Assembly: GCF_009914755.1 (NCBI RefSeq)
Contig: NC_060944.1
Direction: 5' to 3' (one strand)
Source: the human T2T-CHM13v2.0 reference genome, Homo sapiens
Length of the DNA: 64,000 nucleotides
Below the pieces are notes generated by a model. It searched no databases, had not been told where the DNA came from, and saw nothing but the letters and a program-made list of their open reading frames with translations. Below, piece after piece: positions 41,637-58,279 of the stretch (position 1 is its first letter; each line of letters starts with the position of its first letter). Position numbers and translations under genes: made by a program.

Positions 41637-42643
41637 ATGGGGAAAAAACAGAGCAGAAAAACTGGAAACTCTAAAAAGCAGAGCGCCTCTCCTCCTCCAA
41701 AGGAATGCAGTTTCTCACCAGCAATGGAACAAAGCTGGATGGAGAATGACTTTGACGAGCTGAGAGAAGAAGTCTTCAGACGATCAAATTACGGGAGGAC
41801 ATTCAAACCAAGGGCAAAGAAGTTGAAAACTTTGAAAAAAATTTAGAAGAATGTATAACTAGAATAACCAATACAGAGAAGTGCTTAAAGGAGCTGATGG
41901 AGTTGAAAACCAAGGCTCGAGAACTACGTGAAGAATGCAGAAGCCTCAGGAGCCGATGCGATCAACTGGAAAAAAGGGTATCAGCGATGGAAGATGAAAT
42001 GAATGAAATGAAGCGAGAAGGGAAGTTTAGAGAAAAAAGAATAAAAAGAAATGAGCAAAGCCTCCAAGAAATATGGGACTATGTGAAAAGACCAAATCTA
42101 CGTCTGATTGGGGTACCTGAAAGCGATGGGGAGAATGGAACCAAGTTGGAAAACACTCTCCAGGATATTATCCAGGAGAACTTCCCCAATCTAGCAAGGC
42201 AGGCCAACGTTCAGATTCAGGAAATACAGAGAACGCCACAAAGATACTCCTCGAGAAGAGCAACTCCAAGACACATAATTGTTAGATTCACCAAAGTTGA
42301 AATGAAGGAAAAAATATTAAGGGCAGCCAGAGAGAAACGTCAGGTTACCCTCAAAGGGAAGCCCATCGGACTAACAGCGGATCTCTCGGCAGAAACCCTA
42401 CAAGCCAGAAGAGAGTGGGGGCCAATATTCAACATTCTTAAAGAAAAGAATTTTCAATCCAGAATTTCATATCCAGCCAAACTAAGCTTCATAAGCGAAG
42501 GAGAAATAAAATACTTTACAGATAAGCAAATGCTGAGAGATTTTGTCACCACCAGGCCTGCCCTAAAAGAGCTCCTGAAGGAAGCACTAAACATGGAAAG
42601 GAACAACCAGTACCAGCCGCTGCAAAATCATGCCAAAATGTAA
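41637..42643 (+). pseudogene. L1 ORF1p, frameshifted by a 10-bp deletion; the C-terminal 248 aa stay open from 41897
   Basis: MGKKQSRKTGNSK start. aattac|gggagg at 41792/41793 lacks about 10 nt present in the second L1 (aactactctgacctacagga). Confidence 0.93.
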
Positions 42644-42691
42644 AGACCATCCGGACTAGGAAGAAACTGCATCAACTAACGAGCAAAATAA

Positions 42692-46534
<3,843 letters not shown>

Positions 46535-46804
46535 ACAATGAAATCACATGGACACAGGAAGGGGAATACCACACTCTGGGGACTGTTGTGGGATGGGGGG
46601 AGGGGGGAGGGACAGCATTGGGAGATATACCTAATGCTAGATGACGAGTTGGTGGGTGCAGCGCATCAGCATGGCACATGTATACATATGTAACTAACCT
46701 GCACAATGTGCACATGTACCCTAAAACTTTAATAAAAAAAAAATAATTAAAAAAAAGGTCTAACTGCATCTCAGTCAAAAGTAGATGAAGTTGTAGAAAG
46801 TAGA

Positions 46805-47775
46805 AAGCACACATCAAAATTCTGCTCATGAAAAGACTATATTTAGAGAAAAAAAGACAAACCACAGACTGGGGAAAATTTTTATGATGTGTATATCTGA
46901 TAAGGGACCAATATCTAGCATATATAAAGAAACACAAATCAATAAAAAGACAAACAATCCAATTTTAAAATGGGTAAAAAAACATGAAAATATGTTTTAC
47001 AAAATAAAGTATATTGATGTCCAATAAGCACATGAAAGTATGCTCAGCATCATTTGTTATCAGGGAAATGCAAATTAAAACCACAATGAGATGCTGTTCC
47101 ACATCCACCAAAGTGGCTAAAATTAAAGACAGATAGCATCAAGTGCTGATGAGGAAGTGGAGCAACAGGAACTCTCTCATTCATTGCTGGTGAGAATACA
47201 AAATGGTGTAGCCACTTTAGAAAATGGTCCGGCAGTTTCTTATAAAACTAAACACACACCTACCCAATGACTCAACAATTCCCCCAAAAGAGAAATGAAA
47301 ATATATGTCCACACAGTTTATTGTGCAATGGCAGATATGGCAGCATTCTTCATAATAGCCAAACACTAGATAAAAGATAACATACATCAACAAGTTAACA
47401 GATAAAATGTGGTCTGTTTATAAAATGTAATACTACTGGTCAATAAAAATGAGTGAATGACTAACACACACAGCATGTTCAACCTCAAAAAACATTACAT
47501 TACACAAATGAAGTGTGATACAGCAGAGAGTGAACTATACGATTCCACTTACACAGAGTAAGAACAAGCGAGGCTGACCTAGGTGATGGAATTGGAATAA
47601 CAGTTGCCTAGGAAGCAGGGTGGACTGACTGCTGGGGGCACCAGGGAGATTCTGTGTGACAGATTCACTAATTCAATTGGGATGTGGGTTACCCAAGTGT
47701 ATATATGTATCAAAGCTCATGGAATCTCAGATCTTATGTTTCACTGTAGATAAATATTACCTCAATCAAAACAAA
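46805..47775 (+). mobile_element. Ancient L1ME-like 3' fragment
   Basis: cagggaaatgcaaattaaaaccacaatgagat; cattgctggtgagaatacaaaatggt; ends tattacctcaat. Confidence 0.75.
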
Positions 47776-47784
47776 TTTGCCAGC

Positions 47785-49092
47785 TGTTCTGGTTTGAATG
47801 GGTGTCCCAAAAGTTCAACTGTTGGCTTCTCAAAAGAAGACATACATGCAGCCAACCAACACATGATAAAAAAGCTCAACATCACTGATTGTTAGAGAAA
47901 TGCAAATCAAAACTACAATGAGATACCATCTCATACCAGTCAGAATGGCTACTATTAAGTCAAAAAACCACAGATGCTGGCAAGGTTGTGGAGAAAAAGG
48001 AATGTTTTTACACTGTTGGTGGGAGTGTAAATTAGTTCAGCCATTGTGAAAGACAGTGTGGTGATTCCTCAAAGACCTAGAGAGCAGAAATATCATTTGA
48101 CCCAGCAATCCCATTATTAGTTATATATCCAAAGGAATGTAAATCATTCTGTTATTAAGGCACATGCATGCATATGTTCATTGCAGCACTATTCACAATA
48201 GCAAAGACATGGAATCAACCTAAATGCCCATCAATGATAGACTGGATAAAGAAAATGTGGTATATATGCACTATAGACTATTATGCAGCCGTAAAAAGGG
48301 ATGAGATCATGTCCTTTGCAGGAACATGGATGGAGTTGGAGGCCATCGTCCCCAGCATACTAATGCAGGAACAGAAAACCAAATACTGCATGTTCTCACT
48401 TATAAGTGGGGGCTGACCAATGAGAACACATGGACACATAGGGGAAAAAACACACACTGGGCCCTGTTGGAGGGGTGGGAGGTGGGAGGAGGGAGAGCCT
48501 CAGGAATAATAGCTAATGGATGCTGGGCTTAATGCCTAGGTGATGGGATGATCTGTGCAGCAAATCACCGTGACACGTGCTTACCTATGTAACAAACCTG
48601 GACATCCTGCACATGTACTCCTGAACCTAAAATAAAAGTTGGAAATAAATTAAAAAGAAATTGAAACAGAAATTCATTGAATTTAAATAAAATTTAAAAT
48701 TCAGTAACTTAAGAAATGTGTTGGAACTTGGTTCCCAAAGCAATAGTGCTGAGAGGTAGAACCTTGGGAGGTGACTGAGTTCCAAGGGTCCTGCTCTCAG
48801 GAATAGACTAATCCACTCCTTGATTGATTAATGGATTAATAGGTTATTGAGGGAGTGGGTTAGTCATCACCAGGGTGGGTTCTCTAGAAAAACTGATTTG
48901 GCTCTCAGTGCATCCCTGTGATGCACTGTGATGCTCCTCCGGCCCTGTGATGCTGTCTGCTCATGCCAGAAGCTACTGCCATGCCCTTGGACTTCCCAGC
49001 CTCCAAAACCATTAGCTAAATAAATTTCTTTTTTTATACAAATTACCCAGTCTCTGGTGTCCAGTTATAGCTACAGAAAACAGACTAAGACA
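47785..49092 (+). mobile_element. MSTC-like MaLR solo LTR with a perfect 5-bp TSD, split by an L1
   Basis: TGTTCTGGTTTGAATG ... cagactaagaCA; CCAGC at 47780-47784 and 49093-49097. Confidence 0.9.
47826..48660 (+). mobile_element. 5'-truncated older primate L1 (L1PA12-14-like)
   Basis: ORF2 end ([20 protein letters not shown]...) and a 3' UTR ending aaaataaaagttggaaat. Confidence 0.9.
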
Positions 49093-52009
49093 CCAGCCTC
49101 AAAGATCAACATTGGATTTATTTGGATTTGGTGTCACAGGGAATTCAAGGCAGGCTGAGGCACCTCCACCCAACAGAACTCAACCCCTCAGCCATGAAAG
49201 ACCTCAGTCTTGTGCCTCAGGGCAGTGACTACCTGCCAGGGACCTCCTGGCTCCAGGGTGCTGGAGTTTATGACCTGGGTTTGGGGAATGATGTGTACAA
49301 ATGTGTATTTCAAATGAAATTCTCATTATTTCTTCCCATTTTCTCCACGGCCTCCTCCTCAGACCGCCGTCCATGCTCTGACCTTTCCCCACATCACCTC
49401 ACCTCTGACATCTTTGTCTTTATTGGGCTTCCCCAAAGCATACTGGGAGAAAGGGCTTGCTGTGGGCAGTTTACTGGGAGGACTACTCCAGGCAACAGGA
49501 CAAGGGTGGGTGGCAAGGCCCGGAAAGGGGCTCACTATTGCCCACAGCTCAGCCACTGTCTCACCCATCCCGCTGGGAGTTCTGACACTGTGGAAGGTGC
49601 CCCTCGGGGGCCCCCCATAGGCAGGCAGTGTTCACCCACTGACCCTGTCCCTCCCTGGTTGGGGCTGGCTGCCTCCCAGCCCTCCTGGTTCTGTGGGCGG
49701 GGATGCAATGGGCAGGTAACCCCAGGAGGAGCCACACACTGCTGACATCCGATCCCCTTGACAGCCCCGAGACACAAAATGGAAAAGCTTAATTCCTGCT
49801 CCTTCCCCAGGGGGGCTGGCCAGCTGTGGACCCCAGCCCAGTAAACTTCAGGGGTCAGCAGTGATGTGCCCACATGGGGCCTGGGGTGAGCCCCTTGCCT
49901 CACTTCTGTAGGGCAACATCCCTGATCCGCACCCCACCACTTACAAGCGATGGTCTGGACCCGAGCATGAGTCTTCACAGGCCACGTCTATGCATGCCTT
50001 TGATGGCCAAGGTCTTGTTTCCAAGTTCAGCCCTTTTGTTTCTGATGCAGTAAGTTCTCACTGCAACCTTGGGTGCCCCCCCGTAGAAAAGTGACCATCA
50101 TCATTTCTGATGGAGAGGAATTGCCCTCTAGCCAGAACACATAAAGCAACTTAATCCACCCCATGGCAGAGCATAGCACCAGCCTCCGTCCTGGCAGCCC
50201 AGGAGCATCGAAGTAAATTGGACACCAGGGGAGGCTGTGGGCTGCAGAAGGTAATAAAACATATTGACACCGGCAAGAGTTAATTAAAGATTTTATAAGA
50301 GTTCACTCAAGGAAGGCCTTTGAGTTCAAGCCAAACCCCAAAGCATGGAGAAATTAATGAAATCCACACTCATCCCTGCCTGGACATCTTCATCAGTAAC
50401 AATAAGCACCTACAATTATCACAGGTTCACTCTTTCCTTAATTACTTAATTTGCAAGAGCAGAGGGTGAAATTCAGCATTCCCCAGCCTGCATAAAGAGG
50501 TAAAAGTACTGTCCAGGCACGCATTTGTCTTTTAATACAACATTTTAGCTTTGGACAGTGAGGAAATAAATTGGGCAAAGATGGGTTGCTGGGTGCCAGG
50601 GTTCATCCAGTTCTAATGGTGACACCACTCTCTGGGGACTTGGCCAGGACCCCAGCCCCAGGTGCTCAGCAGAGCTAGTGACACGTGGGAATGGAGAGAG
50701 TCACAGAGGGTACTCTATGGCCTGGCCAGCCCCTGAGAAGACCCCACCTGAGAGGGAGCCATGCACCAAATGCAAGCAACCTGCTCCAGGGAGGCACCTG
50801 CCCCTGGCTGGCAGCCAGAGTGCCTGAGGCCACCTGCAGAGGGGCTGGTATGGCTGCCTCGAGAGTAAGACAGGCATCCTCAGGCAGGACGCCCAGGACT
50901 CTGGCTACCACTCTAGACCTTCTGGCTTTTTTAGGGACAATTGATTCCCCAGGAAACTGTGTAAGCTTAGACCAGCAATTCTCCAGGTGGGGCCCTGGGT
51001 GGGCAGCACCAGCCTCCCCTGGGAGCTGGTGAGAGAAGCTGGAGAGTCCCCTGCATAAGAAGACCTGGGCATGGGCCCAGCCCTGTGCTCTCCATCTCTT
51101 GAACAGAGATCAAGCAGGCATTGGGACGGGGGGGTCCTGGGAATTTAACATTCACTGTAGTGCAGTTTACTTTGAAAAGTGCCAAAACAATAATCAAATT
51201 CATGCATGGATAAATGGATAGATACAGGATAAATGAAGAAAGAGTTCACTGTGAAATCTAGCGTGTGGGCATGTGAGTGTTCACTGAACAATTCATCCAG
51301 CTTTCCTGGAAAAGTTTAAAAACCTTTATAATAAAATGTTGCAGGAAGAAATCAAATGAAGAACTGAGTGAGATCCCTTCCAATCCCGGATCGCGGTTCT
51401 CCCACATCAGGTGGTAACTGACACCAACACCAACCACATGGAATAATCTGCAAATCTAAGCCAGCTGAACACACCTAGGGCAGAGCCCCCTGGAGACTAA
51501 CCACGGTCACCAAGGATGGGTCAAGGGCGAGAGAAGAGGGGAAATCAACCCTAAACTCATCCACACAAAGGGGGGTTTGCTCAATAAAGACCAATGCAGA
51601 AATTGCAACCTGGAAATTTACACAAGAGCTACAGAAGTTAATGATAGAACAAAAGCCGGTGAAATACATTTATCCTCAGTTCCATGTCAGCACTGGGCAG
51701 ATGAGTGACACCCGGGAGCTACAGATGCCTGCGGGGAAGATCCACGGGAGCTTAATTACACAGTCATAATGGGTCATCAGAGCAGAAGGGGATTGAGGCA
51801 GAAACGCCATCTCCATAAATTTACATCAGCACTCATGCTGGGAGAAACAGGAGGGAGGTCCTGGAGAGAAAGTGAGTGAGGCGGGGCAGGAGCCTCAGCT
51901 GGGTAGCCTGCCTGTGAACCCCGTGGAGACACCATGCACAAGGTTCTACCTGGGTGCATGGGAGCCTGTGAAATGCTCATTCCTGGGCTCCACACTCTGA
52001 TCTACAGAA

Positions 52010-52812
52010 TGAAACCAGAAATAAAATTCTGAGTCCCCTAACCGACTGCTGGACCCCTCCTCTCAGCCAAGGACATTCCAACATAAACCTGAACATCTAA
52101 TTCTGGCCATGATGGGAAGGTGGGGGCCGGACAGACCTCATTATTTCCTCCTCTCATTTGAATCCAGGCACAGCTGACCAGCATTGACATCAAAATAGGG
52201 CAAGACCCTGTAGCAATGAGACACCAAATTCCAACCTAACTCTAGTATAGCCCCACATGACAGGCAGCAGGCCCTGAAAGAAACCGAAGTATTTTACACT
52301 AAAATATCTTTTTTTGACATGTTTTGAAATGTCCCTGCAAAGCTGTCTCTTGTGGGGAGAATCCACATTCTGTAGAGAATCCCCTTCCTTTCCAGGTCTC
52401 TTCCATGATCCAGGAGAGAATTAACTAAGGGCCTGGCACCCGTTCAGGTCTGATAAGAGCTCTGAAGCCGCTACCTGGAGGCTTCATCTGCGTGATAAAT
52501 CCTGCTCTCCACAATCCCCCATCTTAACCCATACATTCCCTTCTATTGATTCCAGGTCTTTGGATAATAACTCTTTCAGCCAGTTGCCGATCCACCTATG
52601 ACCTGGAAGCCTCCTCCTCTTTGAGTTGCCCTGCCTTTCTGGACTGAACCAATGTACACCTTCCATGTATTGATTGATGTCTTATGTCTCCCTAAAACTC
52701 AAAAACAAGCTGCAGCCCGATCACCCTGGGGATCTCCTGGGGCTGTGTCATGGGCCCTTGGTCCTTATATGTGGCACAGAATAAATTTATTCAAATATTT
52801 TATGGAGTTTTT
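52010..52812 (+). mobile_element. MER4-group ERV1 solo LTR (MER4D/E-like)
   Basis: aaaccagaaataaaattctgag...ggacccctcctctcagccaagg...gcaaagctgtctcttgtgggg...ataaatttattcaaatatttta. Confidence 0.8.
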
Positions 52813-53670
52813 CATGGAGAAGAATGAGGGGTCCTTGAGGAACATTGGCTGCGTGTTCCCAGGTTTGCTGGCTGTTCTGATGAGCAGCACTGGAAGAGCC
52901 AGAAAGCCCCAGGGACCCCACCCACACCCCAGTGCCTCTCTGGGCTCCAACCCGCTGACCCAGGGGCCACCGCCAGCACCATCTCTGCCTGCTCTTGCAT
53001 GCGGGAGGCACAGTCCAGGGCTGCTGCCCTCCACCTTGAGCTTAGCAGCCACCTCCCCTCCTGTGGCCAGCATGAGGCTCCCAGGGAGCCTGAGCCCCAG
53101 TGTCCATGGCCACAGCTGCCTTAGCCCTCCCTGTTCAGATGGCTCATGACCCTGCCCGGCCCATAGCCTGCCCTCCCGCCATGTGCCCTGGCACAGAAAC
53201 AGACAAAGACCATCCAAAGGAGCCTAGGGGCTCAAGGCATGCAGCAGTGGGAGGCAGCACCACCAGGCGGGACCTGCATGCAGGCAGGGGTGGGAAAGCC
53301 TCATAGAGGAAAGAGGGGGCTTCAGAGGTGCCCCAGTGAGGGTGGCTATTGGGCAAGCAGGAAGGGCTGCTAGAAGTGGGGTAGCCCCTGTGACTGGTCA
53401 GCGGAGCATGTCTGGCTTTCTTCTCTGGCTGATCCTCAGTTGAAGAAGGATGAGGGAAACTGGCAGTTACTGGCCAAGCCTGTGGGCAGTAGTGGTCTGG
53501 CTTCCTGGGCTGGTGCTACAGGCTACGGGTCCGAGTTCTCCCGTCCTGCGTGCTCTGGCGGTCACCTATTAGTATATTTCATCTCTCTCTGGGGTGCCCG
53601 CCCAGAGGCACTGCCTGTGCTGCAACCTGTGTCTCAGGGTCTGTTCTGGGGGACTTAGCACAAGATCCTC

Positions 53671-53913
53671 CCTGGGGAATGAGGATGAAGGCTACCTGGG
53701 GAATGAGGATGAAGGCTACCTGGGGAATGACGATGAAGGCTACCTGGGGAATGAGGATGAAGGCTACCTGGGGAATGAGGATGAAGGCTACCTGGGGAAT
53801 GAAGATGAAGGCTACCTGGGGAATGACGATGAAGGCTACCTGGGAATGAGGATGAAGGCTACCTGGGAATGAGGATGAAGGCTACCTGGGGAATGAGGAT
53901 GAAGGCTACCTGG
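53671..53913 (+). repeat. 24-bp VNTR, about 10 copies (cctggggaatgaggatgaaggcta)
   Basis: Seven 24-bp units, two 23-bp units and one more 24-bp unit, nearly identical. Confidence 0.98.
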
Positions 53914-53967
53914 CTGTAACTGGTCTGAGCTGCAGGGCACGCCCCGGAGCCCTTACCAGCCCCCTAC

Positions 53968-54627
53968 TGTGGCAGGCCAGGTCCCACTAACACAGGCCTC
54001 CATAACAACTGTTTCAGCTCTGACTGAGTGGTTAAGTTAAATACTAAAAGCCGAGAGAGCCAGTCCCCTTATACAGAGGCTGGAATGTAACAAAAGCCCA
54101 CCAAGAGTTTTGCCTAGGCCTTTCCTGGGCCTTGAAGCATGACAAAATAACAAAAGAATTCTTAACAGAATCTATTTAGGATTAAACAAGTTTTACTGGG
54201 GGTTCTGAAGAAACTCCCCAGTCCTCCACAAACAAGTTTACTGGGGTCTGAAAGAACTCCCCAAACCTCCATGATTTAGCAGGAGACAAGATAAGGGTAA
54301 TCACCCCAGCACCTGGACCCAGCTAGATTTAGTCAATTTACTGAGGCTACAAAGGAAGGTCTTCAGGACTCAGACCTCAGTTATAGATTAGAAGAAGTTA
54401 ATCACTTATGTCTTTAGATGATTGCACACTTACACATAGACATATAGCTTAGAAGGTGTATAAGCTCTGGAAAACTTTGTAATTTTGAGTTGGTCTGGTG
54501 ATATTTTCCAGGCCTTCTCCCTATACCCGGTTACAGAAATAAAAACTTTCTTCCTCCCCAGTTCATCTGCATCTTGTTAATGGGCTGCCAGAAATAGCAG
54601 CCCAACCCTCAGTTAGGTCTGGGAACA
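53968..54627 (+). mobile_element. Intact 660-bp solo LTR (family tentative, LTR66-like)
   Basis: TGTGGCAGG...GGGAACA, with TATA-like gtataag and AATAAA; ctac on both flanks (53964-53967 and 54628-54631). Confidence 0.85.
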
Positions 54628-54958
54628 CTACCCCCCAACACACACACACACACAAAGGGCCAGACGGGTCCGGCCGGAGCTCCCCGGCAGCACAGGGGGC
54701 TGCTTCTTCCTCCTTCCTGATAAGCCCTGCAGCCCCCAGCGATGCCCCTCCTAACCCTGGAACCTGTGACTGTGTGCCTTGAGACAGGAGATTGGCTTGG
54801 ATCATCCAGGTGGAGCCTAAATCTTATCATGTGAGTTCTCAAAAGTGAGGAACCTTTCCCAGCTTTGGTCAGAAAGACATGAAGAGGGTAGAGGGTCAGA
54901 GAGCTGCCTCCCTCAGCCATTGCCAGCCCCCAGGGTTCCCCTGAGGCCCCAGTGCCAG

Positions 54959-55078
54959 CAGCTCCCTGCCCTGCACCTTCCCCTCCCATCCTCAGGCCTC
55001 AGCTCCCTGCCCTGCTCCTTCCCCACCCGTCCTCAGGCCTCAGCTCCCTGCCCTGCGCCTCCCCTGTCCTCAGGTCTC
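54959..55078 (+). repeat. Roughly 41-bp C-rich tandem repeat, about 3 copies
   Basis: cagctccctgccctgc...tcctcaggcct repeated. Confidence 0.85.
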
Positions 55079-56448
55079 GGCCTCTCCCAAGGCTTTCCCA
55101 GATTTCCAGGTCCCGTCCTTGGGGGAGAGGCTACTAGTTCTAGGCTATGAAACCATCTGAGGGCTGTAGCTGGAGGTGCTCTCAGCAGGGCAGGGTGGGG
55201 TCGTCTTAGGGTGGACACGGAGTCCAGATCCACAGACAGCCCTCGGTTCTCTCAGTGCCAGGAAACAGGTCACATGTCCATCTGCAGGGTGAGCCACTGG
55301 ACATGTGGCCCTGCTGATGACTGCAGAACCAACTTCTTCCCTTGGAGCAAACCGTTCTGGGGTCAGGAAACTCCAAGAAGTGACCAGAGACCCATGGGGG
55401 ACCACATGATGTCTGATGGGCAGCAGAACCCCCCAGACCCTGCTCCAGCCACAGTGAGCTGCCTCAGTGCCCTAACAAGGAGCACCCCATGCCACAGGCC
55501 ACACCTCTGCTCACGCTGTCCCTCTGCTTTCACCCCTCTTTCCCTTCCAAGAAAACTCTTACACCAGCATCACAATCCAACTTAAATACCCCTTCTACGG
55601 AGACTGTGTGTCCCACTTGTTACATGTGAGCACCCAGTGGTCAAAGGAGAAGGCGCTCTGAGCAGGAGCCTGGGAGACGCGGGTGGTGGGAACCCGGGCT
55701 GCGATGGGCCTGCACAGATGTCCTGCCATGAGCCACAGCAGCCCTTACAAAGGGCGTGACTTTGTGGTAAGTGGCTCTTTTCTGCCAAGGGCAACTCCAG
55801 AGAGGCAGCTGGGGGGTGAGCATCTGAGTCCTGCTGTGGGGCCTGAGTGGTGCACCGAGTCCACCAAGCAGCCTCAGGTCAAGTGAGCAACTCCATCCCC
55901 AGCTCCCTGCAGATTCTGCAGACAGGTTCATCCCTGTCTAAGCGATGTCTGTCCTCCCCTCCAGGGGTGAGCCTTTTGGATCCAGCCTGGGCCTCAGTCA
56001 ACACTTAGGCAGGCACCGAGAGCTCTGCAGACAGATCTGCTATCTCCCGACTCCCACCTGGAGTTCAAGGGAGAAACCACTGCAGCCTTCAAAACCCCCA
56101 GTAGGAGCTTAATGCCAGCAGCCAGCCCTGATAAACTCTCCAATGAGCCCACTGGCCAGGGCCAGAATGCAGACCCCACACTGCTGAGTGTGACATCAGG
56201 GCCCCTGAGAGCGCTTCGTGCGTGCAAGCCATGAGGGGCCAAGGCGCAAAGGGCAATAGGAGTGCTGTCCTGCCGATACCAGGTGCTTCCCTTGCTGGTG
56301 ACCAAGCCCGAACCCACAGGCTGGCCATGGTGGTCAGGCTGGCCCCCCAGGGCTCCAAGCTGTGAGCTCCCCAACTCCACAAGACAGAAGCCCACATAAA
56401 GAGCCAGCCACTTCAACCTTCTATAAAGTTCTCCAGGCTACCGAAAGG

Positions 56449-56623
56449 TAGGCTGACAGATTTCACAGATAAAGACACAGGATGCTCAGTTAAATTTGAA
56501 TTTCAGATCATGAATGATTTTTAGTATAAGCGCATCCTATGCAATATATAGGACATATTTATGCTAAATATTTTTGTGTTGTTTATCTGAAATTCAAACT
56601 TAGTCTTTCTACTGGCCACTGTA
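56449..56623. mobile_element. MER53 palindromic hAT-type MITE
   Basis: taaatttgaatttcagat ... ttagtataag...tttatgctaa ... atctgaaattcaaactta form nested inverted arms typical of MER53. Confidence 0.88.
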
Positions 56624-56797
56624 GGTAGCAGGGAAGCCACACAAGACCTGAAAGTCATCCCTGGGTGAACACCACAGTGCTGGGCACAGCAAGGCAGGTT
56701 CATCTGCCTCCAAGGACCAACCCCACCTTTGCCTGCTCAGAACTGACCATGCATAACCCCTGTCATCAGCTCTAACCTTCAATCCTGTCTTCCATCA

Positions 56798-57712
56798 CCT
56801 GGGAAAGGCTCTCAGTTCTTCCAGTAAATATCATTTCCAGGCTCTCCAACCCTCCCCCGTTCCTGATGATCTGGCCACTGGCAACTTGCACCCCTGATAC
56901 TGACCCAGCCACAGAGCTGCTTCTCATCTGTGTCAGTTACAGTCCCTCCATGCTGAAAGCAAAACCGGAAAACTCAACTGGAATCATCTTAAACAGTAAG
57001 GGGATTTATGGGAACTCCTACCTGGAAAATCTAGTGGTAAGTGAGTTTCAGGGTGGGCTCGATCTAGGGGTTTGTCATGACTGAGTCTCTACAATTCTCC
57101 CCCTTCCAGCTTCTCCTGAGCCTGGCTGCCCCTGTGTACCAAAAAGGCTGTCAGCAGCTTAGGGGCTACACACAGCTTCATACATATCCATGGGAGGGAA
57201 AGTGGGACAGAGAGAGGGGTAGATACTTTTCTCCCACAATGATAGAACATAAGTCTTTCACAAGACGCTGACTGAGCCACCTTCCATCCCTGCCCACCTC
57301 TAAAGCAACTGAACCAAAGTGGGCCAAGAAGAATCGCTGCATGAGCTGGAATGGGCCGGCCCCTCCTGCACCGGGCACTGCAGGACCACAGTCTCCACTG
57401 CCCCAGCTGTGCCCAGCATTGCGGGAAGCAGGCGGCCCCTGCGCAGGTTCATGAAGCTCACTTACTGCTAGATTCTCCAGGTAGGAGTTTCAGAAATCCC
57501 TTTACTGTTTAAAACCATTCCAGTTGGGTTCTCCAGTTTTGGTTGGCTTTGTTTTTCAGCATGGAGGAGCTGCAGCTGACACAGGTGAGCAGCAGCTCTG
57601 TGGCTGGGTCAGTATCAGGGGTGAGAGTTGCCAGTGGCCAGCAAGTGGGGAATGGTGAGGGCTAGAGAGGCTGGAAATGGCATTTCTCCGAAGAACCGAG
57701 AGCCCTCCTGGG
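56798..57712. repeat. Long inverted repeat: arms about 56798-57050 and 57452-57712, spacer about 400 bp
   Basis: For example, cacccctgatactgacccagccacagagctgct in the left arm is the exact reverse complement of agcagctctgtggctgggtcagtatcaggggtg in the right arm. Homology runs across the whole arms. Confidence 0.95.
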
Positions 57713-57759
57713 AGGCTTAGACTTTAATTCTCTCTGGACACACTTGAGCAGATGACGTT

Positions 57760-58170
57760 CCAAAGGTGCCACACCAGTACGTCCCTCCCATCTGCTTTCT
57801 GGTGATAGGACCTGACACTGTCCCACCAAGAGGTGGGGTCTGCTTGGTTTCCCATCTCTTGAATCTGAGCGGGTCTGCAATTCTGGCAAAAGTGATACTA
57901 GGTGACTTTCGAGGCTAAGTCATAAAAAAGGATGACTTCCACTTGCTGCTCCAGGGAACTCTCATGCTCAGAGCCCGGCCACCAGGCTGTGAGGAAGCCC
58001 AGGTGGCCACCAGGCAGGCCACGTGGAGGCGTTCCCACCCCAGCCCACCGAGATCCAGCCAGCAGCCAGCGCCACTCCAGATATGTGAAGGAAGAGCCTT
58101 CCATGATGCCAGGCCCCACCCTCGGATCCCCCAGCTAGCATCCCAGACCTGGTGGCCACAGGCCCCCACC
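57760..58170 (+). mobile_element. MLT1-family LTR fragment
   Basis: gtgactttcgaggctaagtcataaaa...gctgtgaggaagcccagg...ggccacgtggag. Confidence 0.6.
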
Positions 58171-58279
58171 ACGTGGTCCCGATCCCTGGCCTCAGAAGGT
58201 CTGAGAATGATGGAAGGGATGGTGGCTCCAGGACTAAGCTTTGCAGTGACCCGTGCAGCTAAGTTAAGTGGAACCCTCC

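Noticed and set aside
49122-49745. 207-aa ORF
   Set aside because: TTG start, no domain, and composition typical of non-coding GC-rich DNA.
53550-53872. Repeat-peptide ORFs (WGMRMKAT / LGNEDEGY)
   Set aside because: A by-product of a 24-bp VNTR; the frame is broken by the 23-bp units.
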